The translations under genes were made by a program, and so were the position numbers. 26,363 nucleotides of DNA from Spirogloea muscicola (taxonomy: Eukaryota), in the NCBI GenBank assembly GCA_009602725.1, contig WELB01000016.1:275149-301511 (forward strand), given 5' to 3'. Shown in pieces: positions 1 to 9,203 of the stretch (position 1 is its first letter; every line of letters begins with the position of its first letter). The notes under the pieces are model-generated. The model did no database searches. It was not told the origin of the DNA and saw only the letters and a list, made by a program, of their open reading frames with translations.

Positions 1-63
1 TGCGCACCTTCGAGCTGAAGCAGGATGTATTAATAAGTGGGCCAAACAAAATTCTATGGTGAG

Positions 64-134
64 GTGTGCTTACACTGCAAGTGCAGTACTGCATAGGCTG
101 TGCTTTCACTGCAAGTGCACCACTACTATAGCCT
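64..134. repeat. Imperfect tandem duplication, about 35-bp unit, 2 copies
   Basis: TGTGCTT.CACTGCAAGTGCA occurs twice (about 65-85 and 99-119). Confidence 0.7.
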
Positions 135-239
135 CGCTGTTGTAATCAACTTAAGCGACTGCATCATCTATGTGGGTGGTTGATATCACAACCATGTGCT
201 GATGCAACACCACTTACAAAGAAGAGAGTAAACTTTGTC

Positions 240-520
240 TTTGCAGTTGTTGCATGCTCTGAAGAGGAAAGTGCTACACTTGACTGCAGCAACAAGCTGA
301 TTACTGGCTTCTCCCTCACAATGCTTGCGGCCCACAGTCGTGGTCCAGCCAGAATTCTGCCGCATAAGTAATATTCTTGCATCATGCACTTCTCCAAGCA
401 GCTTAAATACCATGGGGTGAAAATTTAGCTCCATTCCAGATGCACTTGTCAGGCTAGGTCTGTGAAACTGTAGTCACAGGCACAGATGAGCCTCCACATT
501 GCTCAGCTCCACAGTGCTTG
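240..520 (-). mobile_element. Heavily degraded Ty1/copia RT-RNase H relic (boundaries approximate)
   Basis: Minus-strand ...PVISLLLQSSVALSSSEH resembles the copia RNase H motif ISW.SKKQ.TVALSS.EAEY. Upstream QNSGWT and T*PD weakly resemble SDSDWAG and TRPDI, in the expected order but in broken frames. Confidence 0.4.
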
Positions 521-718
521 CTTGAGGTGCATATGCATTTGCATGACTCGGTGAGGGTTGTAACAGTAATATGTACTTCAGTTGTTCCTCCCGCAGAGAT
601 AATCTGAGGGCGTCTTCAGCATATGCGGTGTGCCAACAAGAAGCGCCCACCCAATGACTGAGCAACTTCGTAAGGTCAACCTTGCTGCTGTTGCAAGCGC
701 CATCGACTTTGCAATCAT

Positions 719-777
719 TCTGGCAGGTCCTCTTGTGCTCTGGCAGGTCCTCCAGCTTGGTGCTCTGGCAGGTCCTC
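719..777. repeat. Short tandem repeat, 3 copies of TCTGGCAGGTCCTC with 6-11 nt spacers
   Basis: Directly visible in the sequence. Confidence 0.8.
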
Positions 778-1692
778 GAGCACTTGACCTTTAATGCCAT
801 CAGCTTCACCATCACCTTCCAAACACCTTCTGCAGCATCAAGACGGCACTGTCCTTTTCATGAAGTGCAGTGGCCGTCTCAACAAATAATTCCAACAGGC
901 AGAGAAGCCATGTCCCAGTAATTGCTGATCAGCAGCAAGCATTCCATCTCATGCCTTGTCCAGGCTTTCTGCACCACAATCATATTCATCATGGCATGCC
1001 TCAGCACCAACCAACAGCCACAAACATTTGCGTTTTGCAAGGGCAATCATGTGCAGCTCACTTCATGCCAGCAGTGCAATACGGGGGTGCCACTGTTTGC
1101 TTGCTACATGCTCAGTCTGATGCTGTGCTTAAGCAGTTTTACCACGCAAGCAGGAAGTGGCTGCTGCAAGTCCTCTTCGTTTCACAGGGTCCATGCAGGC
1201 AACAAGGTGGTGGCTGTGGGCTCCAGGAGGAGGTGCAGAGCCATGTAAAGAATGTTGTAAAATGCAGCTCTTCATGGACCACCCTGATTAGGAGGCTGCT
1301 GGCGCAGGCAGTAAGATTACGGTGATACCGAGGATCTTGAACTTGCTGCCCCTCCGAACCTTCTCAGATGTGACCCTAACCAAGCATTTGGGGTTCTGAG
1401 TGACCTCAAGCGATAGTGCTGGCCGTGCGTGGCAATCACACGGCCTGGCGTGCACATGCAGCCCCTGAAACAGGCAAGCGTGGCGGCGCCCATGCATTCG
1501 TAGCTGACCAGATACTCCACCATCACCAGGGCCTGCGCTGCACGCGCCTCTGCCTCGCTGTCACTATTGAGCACCTTGCTACCCACCAAGTCCTTCTCGC
1601 CGGGTTTGTTTGGATCATCCTGGACAATGCTGGTTACTTCAGCCTGCAGCTGCCAGTCCGCAGCTTTCTAGCACCTTGAGGCACGTAGAGCG

Positions 1693-1786
1693 CAGGGGAG
1701 GAAGGGAGGGAGGAAGGGAGGGAGGGAGAGAGAGGGGTGGGGCAGGGGAGTAGGGGAAGCAGCAGCAGCAGAAGAAGAGAAAGAAG
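1693..1786. repeat. Purine-rich low-complexity tract (GGAG/GAA/CAG microsatellite mix)
   Basis: Directly visible. Confidence 0.7.
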
Positions 1787-2205
1787 CTGCAGCTCCCCGC
1801 TAGCACAGCATATTGCAAGAAGAGGTCATCATTGTCCACATACTCTCTTACTGCCTGCCAAGGGGAGCAGGATATGCAAATGCTTATTACCTTAGCTAGT
1901 CAGTCCTTGTTCACTAAGAACTTTGTCAAGATCCGCAGCTCACGACAAGGTCACGGCACCAAAATTTGCCACGGCACCAGAAGAGGTTGACAATCAGAAT
2001 GGCAGGTGGTCCACCAGGTAAGTAGCTTCTGAAGTACGCCATCAAAGTGTTCCATGTACTCCCAGCAGGGGCCTATTGCCCAGTCTATTGTAAGTAGGTC
2101 AACTTCCTCTAGCAGCTGCTCAAGGTAGGTTCTGCTGGTCAAGGTATGACCACATTGTAACCAGTAAGTCAGTAGAGATGCATAAGGCTCATGCTGCTGT
2201 GGTTC

Positions 2206-2415
2206 GGCACGAGGCACAAATTGAAGTTCACCGTGGAGTGGGACAGATAGAGAGCCACGCGCAGATGATCACCAGACAGGCATCTTAGTCAAGCCCCACA
2301 TTATGATCGGTACGAAGAACATCAACTGTAACTGGATGCCCATCTTCTCGTCTTGGAGGGTGATCATCTGCTCGTGGCTCTTCAACTGTTCCATGGTGCA
2401 ATTCAGCCTCGTGCC
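2206..2415. repeat. Diverged inverted repeat (arms 2206-2273 and 2359-2415)
   Basis: GGCACGAGGC...AGAGCCACGCGCAGATGATCACC versus the reverse complement of the right arm, GGCACGAGGC...AGAGCCACGAGCAGATGATCACC. Confidence 0.8.
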
Positions 2416-3430
2416 TTGTGCTGAACTTGTCCTCCATCTTCACGAATGCCTGGACGAAGCCCACGACCAAAGTGCCTCTTGTCAAACCTGTTGACGCTGA
2501 TGCTCATGATGATACCCTGCACGTCCGGCTTCCACCACAGCGTCGAGGCTTACCTTCAAAGGGCAGCAGCATAATACAGCAGCATGATTAACAGAGACAA
2601 GGGGGCCGGGCCAGCCAATCCCACGCTAGGCAGATGTCCCAAGCAATAGGCCTGACGGCCCCGATGGCGACATTCAGCAAGGAGTAGGGCTCCTCCTGCT
2701 TCTGAGAGCCGTTGGTCCATACCTTGTTCTCCTTGGGAAGGGCATGTCTTGGTAAGCCAGTCCAAAGATCCACTCAGCCAGCCATCAGGATTCACAACCC
2801 TGCAACACTTAGGCAGTTCCTTTCAGGACTTAAGTGTGGCCCGTTCTGGTATGCATGTTGTGCAACACACTACACTTCTGATCAGGTGGTGATTGACAGC
2901 TCTAGCTCACACTTTCCAGTTGCTCACTCTACACTGTGCAGGAACAATGAGAGGTGAACCAACACAGGCACAGGGCACAGGAGTTTTGAGATAGTGATGT
3001 GAAGGCCCACATTCGAGTACCTTGAGAAGTCATGCTCCTCCAATTTGAGCATATTCCTCTGAGGACCCTTCCTGCCGCCAGATTCTGAGGATGCTGCCTC
3101 CCATGGCCAAGACAGGAACGGGCTTCTTTTCTTCCACAACCTGTAGTAAAGATCAGCTATAGCTGGGTGGGGATATTACTGGGCACCAGTTTTGCAGCCT
3201 GACAGCATGATGCATGCTGCGTGCTCTTCCAATCTCCTGGTAATATTATGACTTGCAATCAGTCAGTCTCTGGAGACAATCGGTCCCTCAAAGCTGGCTT
3301 TCAGCGGTGCATGGATCAAAAGGCCCCCACCAGCCAGTGCTGTTGCTCATTGACACACTGACATGTGGAGTTGCACTTCTCCTGCAACTGGTCTCCCTGC
3401 CGCATCCCATCTTCATTGTAGGCACCGAAA

Positions 3431-3923
3431 TTCGAAATCCATGACTGCAGCTAGGCTCAACGGCACTTGGATGGAGGTATTCTTTGCCACCGATGCGAAG
3501 GTCTTGTCATAGTCACTCCCTGCAACTTGGGAAAGGCCCTTTGCCACCAGCCTCGCCTTATATCTCATAACCTCCCAATCCGCACCTCGCTCCCGCCGAA
3601 GCACCCACTTGCAACCAATGGCCTTTCTCCCCGGTGGCAAAGTATACCTCCATCCGAGTGCTGTTGAGCCTAGCTGCAGTCATGGATTTCGAAGTACACC
3701 AGATGGATGTGAAGACAACGTTTCTTACTGGAAATCTGGAAGAGGAGATATTCATGCAGATCTCCAGTAAGAAACGCCGTCTTCACGTCCATCTGATGTA
3801 CTTCGAAATTCATAGCGCAGCTAGGCTCAACAGCACTCGGATGGAGATATTACTTTGCCACCGGGGAGAAAGGCCATAGGTTGGGTTGCAAGTGGGTGCT
3901 CCGGCGGAAGCGAGGTGCGGATT
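3431..3923. mobile_element. Rearranged Ty1/copia reverse transcriptase (RVT_2) fragments forming nested inverted repeats, inside intron 2 of the SGNH pseudogene
   Basis: Minus strand: LPPGRKAIGCKWVL...RYKARLVAKGLSQVAGSDYDKTFASVAK. Plus strand: VAKYTSIRVLLSLAAVMDFEVHQMDVKTTFLTGNLEEEIFMQ. Both are diagnostic copia RT motifs. Inverted arms are 3431-3492/3632-3693 and 3577-3737/3759-3923. Confidence 0.93.
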
Positions 3924-4662
3924 CCACTAACTGCATTCCAGTCACTATCAAGACCGACATGAAGTGATGCTAGTCTGCACCTTGTGGAGGAAGCGGTCCA
4001 TCCGCAGCATGTCACCTTCACAGGCCAGGGTGCGACGGAGCACAACCGAGGGCGTTGTGTCGGAACGCCACGAGTCTGCAGGAAAATCTGAGGAGCAGGC
4101 CTCGCCAGCGTCCTATTACGTGAACGTGCCCTCTGGAGCTGCACCAACAGCCCTGTTGCTAAGCAGGCTTTGCTTCAGCACGTAAGAACTACTCCTGAAA
4201 ATGCCACTGCTTGCATAATTAACACAAGGTGCTTGATTGCAATTGACTTGAAAAGCCAAATGCTTTAGTAATCAGCAAGAGGTGTTTAGTTGCAAGTGAC
4301 GACTCTGAGGAAGGAAACCTCCACGGACTTTCTGCCACACTTGATGTATCCAGAATCACCTAATTAGATTGCTAACATGTGAAGGGCCGTTCACAGAGCC
4401 GTCCCTCCTCAGTGAAGGTGACTCGAGGCGGCTGCTCACGCTGCGAAGCTTGAGGGCAGTCGTCGAGTGAGGCCTGGCACTTGGGGAGCTGGGCCACGGT
4501 CTGCAACGGGGACCTGAGCCTGGCCCGGACGCCCAGCTCCTCCCACTCCCACTCCACAAGCAGCGTGAGCAACAGCAGGACGCCGAGCAGGAGGCCGACG
4601 GCGACCAGCGACGGGCGCAAGGCAGCCTTCTTCTGCGGCGGCGCCGCGCGGAGGAGGCCCAT

Positions 4663-5481
4663 CTGCGCGATCGATGCCCGGGCTCGGCGCCGCTTCAGGG
4701 CCTCGCAAGCTCCCGCAGAAGGCCTGGCGTGCGCAGCTTGGCCGAGCGCGGCGGCTGGATCGGCAACAGCTCGTCAGCGTCCGTGGCAAGGAGAGGCCTC
4801 GGCGGCGCTGCGGCCGTGACGTCGAGGTGACGCTGCCGCCAGCAATGGCAGTGCATTCTCCGCTCAATGCGTGATCATGTGGCAGCAGCTTCTCGCCGCA
4901 ACCGCCGCAGCCGCATCCGCCGCCGCCGCCGCTGCCGCCGCCGCCGCCGCGTGCGGGGGCCGCCGCGGCCGCCGCGGCGTGCGGGGTTCGGCGGTCGGGT
5001 AGGGCCTATCCAAACTCGACTCCCAGGCTCATTCTCACCGAACCGCTGTAACGGCGCCAGCAGGCGCGGTGACGGCGGCTGCCACGCGGCGGACAATTAT
5101 TCGCACGTAGGGCTGCATCGACGTGGGCTCCGCGCCGCTTATTGGTCCCCAGGGCGCTCCGTGACGGCGCTGCGGCGCCGGTAAGGGGTAAGTGGGAAGC
5201 ACTCCCGAGAAGACGGGCCACCGTTCTCACCGTTACCGTTTGCCCTGACCATAACCAGGTGATACTACCATTGGTTCCCCCACTGTGGCAAGCAGCCCGC
5301 CCCGCCTTCCCCGCCGCATTCGCCGCCGCCGCCGCCGCCGCCGCCGTCGCCGTCGCCGCGGCGGCGGCTGCGGCGCAGCCAGACGTCTCTGCGATCGGCT
5401 CGGCCAGCCTCGAGTGCCTCGGCTCCACTCATCCCAGTTCTTAGCCGGCAAGTTCGGCGCACGCGCAGGGGGCGGGCCGAG
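4663..5481. promoter_or_regulatory. GC/CpG-rich bidirectional promoter region between the SGNH pseudogene and SDF2
   Basis: Divergent start codons at 4662 (-) and 5482 (+). (GCC)n tracts at about 4904-4950 and 5321-5357. Clustered AACGG/TGACGG motifs. Confidence 0.65.
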
Positions 5482-5555
5482 ATGGGGCGCGGCGCGAGCC
5501 TGCAGCGGCTGGCCCTGGCCTGCGCCCTCTGCGCCGCGCTTCTCGGTCCCCGATC

Positions 5556-5593
<38 letters not shown>

Positions 5594-6989
5594 ATGACCA
5601 CGGCAGCGGCGCGGATCTGCATGGGGGGGAGGAGGTAGGCCCCGTCCCGCTGGCCCATTGCGGGGGCAGCGGCACCTCGGCGCTCGTCTACGTTGCCCCA
5701 TTCATGGCGGCCAGCTTCGGTGGCCTCAGGCCCCTCTCGCCTCCCCCGACGGCGGCCGCAGGTGACGGTGGGGAGCGTCCTGAAGCTGCAGCACGACAAG
5801 ACGGGCTTCCGGCTGCACTCTCACGAGGTGGCCTACGGCTCCGGCAGCGGCCAGCAATCGGTCACCGGCTTCCCCAGCGGCGACGACTCCAACAGCTACT
5901 GGGTATGCACTGCGCCCGAACACTACTATGAAAGCCCACAACTGACGTAGCTCGCAGTGTGAATGGCCGCCATTCATTGTCCCATGCTGGTTCGAGTTGC
6001 CTCGCTCTGCGCGGGAAGAGCACGCTGTCCTGCCCCAGCCTCTACGCTTCTGCCTCGGCGCTCAGATGCTCAACGCAGGCGTTATGTTGACGGCGCAGGC
6101 GGTGAGATGTGTGAACGGCGACGAGGAGTGCAGGCAGGGCGATGTGGTGGAGAACGGAGCCACCATCCGCCTGCAGCATGTTGCCACACGCAAGTGGCTC
6201 CACAGCCACCTGCATGCTTCGCCGCTCACGCATAACTTCGAGGTACGTGGTTGGCTGCTCCGTGATAACTCGGCGGTTGACTCGATGCCCGTGGGCTCTC
6301 CAGAATGCCATCTGCCCCCACCTCAGGCCACAGTGGCATTTCCGCCTGCTTGCCGCCTGTGATTGTGCAGGTGAGTGGCTATGGGAGTGACGGCCAAAGT
6401 GACACTGGGGACCATTGGAAGTAAGTTGACAGTATGGGCTTGCAAGAGAAGCACCTCAGCTTTGGATGCTGAGATTGCACATTTTCAGAGAGATTGTTGA
6501 CATACCAGAGTTGAGACAGAGGGGATACAATGAGCTATTCATGCTAGAGTGCAGGACACATCTGCCCAGAAATTTGCACAAATGGAGTCTTGCTAATGTG
6601 TTGCAGTCTTTGTCCTGGGCAGAGTTGAGACACAGGACAAAGCGAAGTTGTGGGAGAGAGGGCAGAAGGTGCGCTTCATGCACGTTGACACCATGGCTTA
6701 TCTTCACAGCCACGACAAGAAGTACGGGCGGCCCATTGCAGGCCAGCAGGAGGTAAAGATCTCCAGCTTGTGGAGTCCAAGGGATGCTCCAGCAAACCTT
6801 GGATTGCGTCTAGCAATTCTTCTCTCAGTAACTTCTGCTCAAAACTCAGGCTCTTATTTATCGACGCTGCGGCTGCGCTTGCATGTTCAGGTCTGCGGTT
6901 TGCAGGTCAAGAAAGCAGACAACTTGTGGATGACTGCAGAGGGAGTATTCTTCCCAGCTCGCAGACGGCCAACGAGCGTGACGTCCTGA
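5482..6989 (+). CDS. SDF2: Stromal cell-derived factor 2-like protein (three MIR domains; ER-luminal BiP/ERdj3 co-factor), about 238 aa
   Basis: Exons 5482-5634, 5762-5902, 6099-6242, 6371-6420, 6623-6752, 6891-6989; all GT-AG with consistent phases. Signal peptide followed by VTVGSVLKLQH...RLHSHEVAYGSGSGQQSVTGF...DDSNSYW, TIRLQH...WLHSHLHASPL, SDTGDHW, YLHSHDKKYGRPIAGQQEVCG, WMTAEGVFFP. Confidence 0.97.
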
Positions 6990-8875
6990 AGCCACGGGCC
7001 ATGGGGTGGCATTGAAAGAGGTGCAGCGCATAGAAGTCCTGTGTGTATGTGTAGGCTACTTAGTATTTTACCTCTTGTATACTTTCTTGGCACTCTTGCC
7101 ACTGAGCACCAGGCCCTGGCCACACGTGACTCAAAGTCCGGCTCGCAAGGCGGCTGTAGTGCGCCACAATTGACACTGGCGCTATCTCCATGCATGGCCA
7201 GTCAGCGAGGTGCCGGGCAAGCCTATGAATATGCCAGGCTCTATTAGTTGCTCAACTCGCAGTCCTGAGGCACCAAGCTGCTTGCTTTATTAAGCAGGCG
7301 GCCCCATTCTCCTGCCAAAATCAGGAAGTGGTCTTGTTGATTCTTCGATGAAGATTTGTGGCAAGTCATGACGTCCTCTGCTCGGAATGCTTCAGCGCAC
7401 CTATAAAGGTCGGATGACTGCAGCGGTTATGGCCCAGCTGCATAGGCANGGGGGGTGTGGTTGGGGGGGAGGAGAAAGGTGTGATGCATGGGCGGCCTGG
7501 CTCTTGAGCCCTCTCCTGGGCTCGAGCATACGGCCCCTCCGTCTTGATCGCCAATGCTTGGCCACTGCTATGGCTACCACCGTACTGCCGACTGCAGCTC
7601 CTGGGACAGCTTGTAGTCGCCAAGCCTGAGCCTTGCTCGGCCGCCAGCTTCAGTGCAGTACTGAGCGCTACTAACGGTTTACCTAGTTTTCAGCAGGCCT
7701 CACTGCAGTTGGCCTGCGGTTGAGAGCTGCAGCATCCACTCTGCATGCATGCAGCAATGTCTAATTTTACCAAGGGCTGCGAATGTGCTGCAGAGCGTGG
7801 GCTGGCTAGCAGACGCTGCCGCGACGGATGCGGCGACCTGCATGATTGGCTCACCTTGCACATCTCAGAAGCCGCGGTGCAGGCTTCATGGTCAGTTGCG
7901 GCATGCTTGCATGCTTGCTCCTGCATCAGGCTGTGCCGCAGAAACCCATTGCTGTGCTCGTTGCCTGCCCCCGTGGCAGGTACAGCACGCGCTGCACCGC
8001 CGGCTTGGTTGCCAGTGGCAGCCGGTGTCATGCAGGCGTGCTTGGTGCACATGGTCATGGACTTTGAGCTTCTTGAGATGCCATTTCTGTTGGCAGCAGG
8101 GGGTGCCTGGGACGAGCGGATCAAGCTGCACACTGCCTCAGTGGCCTACCATGCCATGCTTTCTCTTCACGCGGCTCTTGCTCGTCCTGGCCGCTCAGGC
8201 TGTCGTGTGGCTTGGCACACACCTCCTGCCTTGGAGTAGCACGGTGTCTATCCGATTGGATATCCATCCAGCCGCCAGGCCCCACTCAGTCTGACGCCAC
8301 CACTGGCAGGTGAGCTTGGCAACGACAGCCACCCTACCCTAAGCTGGCTGCTGATCAAACCCTTCCATATGATATGTTGTGTTGATGCTTATGCAGGCTT
8401 TAGGCAGGTGAAGCAGCCTGTGGCAGATACGCTGAAGTATGCAGAGACTCTAATCAAGGGCCAAGACCAAATTTTCTTTGTTTCACTAGTAACATATACT
8501 TTCATGTACACCATTGGACATCCCATATTGCACATCGAGACAGCAGTATTCTTGAGGGCACACGTATACATGGCATGGGTGGAGGCTGTCAAGGTCATGG
8601 CTAAGCTTGGTCCACACTCCATAAGCTATCCTGCTAACATGTGCACTGATCCAATAGCACATGGGAACTCCATTTCTTTCTTACAGGCTTACATGGGGAG
8701 GTTGATGTCATCTGTATGAAACTACAGCTGCATGATACAACAAAATAGCCTCTCCATTAGTCACATACTGAATAATGAACAAGCACATCACTGTCTAAGA
8801 GCCCATGACAGAACTCATGACAGAACTCATCACACCAAGAAGCCTGTGCGAAAGTGCGAACTTGACCACAAGCAG

Positions 8876-8909
8876 GACAGGTCTTGCACGTTATAGCACA
8901 AGACCTGTC
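8876..8909. repeat. Perfect 11-bp inverted repeat with 12-nt spacer
   Basis: GACAGGTCTTG-cacgttatagca-CAAGACCTGTC. Confidence 0.8.
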
Positions 8910-9203
8910 TATAAAAGTGTCAGTACGAGGGCCTTGCTTGCACTAAGACTGCGATCCGGACAGTAGCTAGTACAAAACTTGATGGTGCCCATTACGGACA
9001 ACCCTTTTTGCAGGAGACGCTCAATGAAGTGCTGTCAAAACATCTCTGAGGACTGCACCTTGCCAAACAAGGTGAAAGGATCCTACTAGCATAACCAGGT
9101 GCCAATCTAGAGACTTCTAAGTATACGCTCACCAAGGTGGGTGAAAAGAGAGAAACATAAAGACTGCGAGGAGAAGGGTGTTCAAGCAAAGGTTGCACAG
9201 GCT

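Larger units (their letters stand above)
1288..4662 (-). pseudogene. Disrupted gene for a type II membrane-anchored SGNH/GDSL-like hydrolase (algal GGS-type family)
   Basis: Exon 4662-4440 encodes an N-terminal TM anchor. Exon 4075-3981 reads LRRTLACEGDMLRMDRFLHK. Exon 3140-3021 reads KPVPVLAMGGSI (block I) with a +1 frameshift at about 3089. The exon from 2799 reads GWLSGSLDWLTKTCP, then a frameshift, then LLNVAIGAVRPIAWDICL. About 2130-2010 reads EEVDLLTIDWAIG...FDGVLQKLL. About 1660-1288 reads VEYLVSYECMGAATLACFRGCMC, then a frameshift, then LEVTQNPKCLVRVT...KFKILGITV. Splice phases of the first four exons fit once the 3089 indel is corrected. Confidence 0.7.

Noticed and set aside
719..777. 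Three spaced direct repeats as a CRISPR-like array
   Set aside because: 14-nt repeats with 6-11 nt related spacers in a eukaryotic genome with no cas genes; an ordinary tandem duplication.
3431..3923. Active LTR retrotransposon or retron-like RT system
   Set aside because: Only N-terminal RT fragments, with no YVDD catalytic motif, LTRs, gag or integrase.
4436..5931. Many overlapping Arg/Ala/Pro/Gly-rich ORFs in the island (likewise at 17500-18900 and 25900-26340)
   Set aside because: Shadow frames of (GCC)n and high GC, already explained by promoters, UTRs and first exons.
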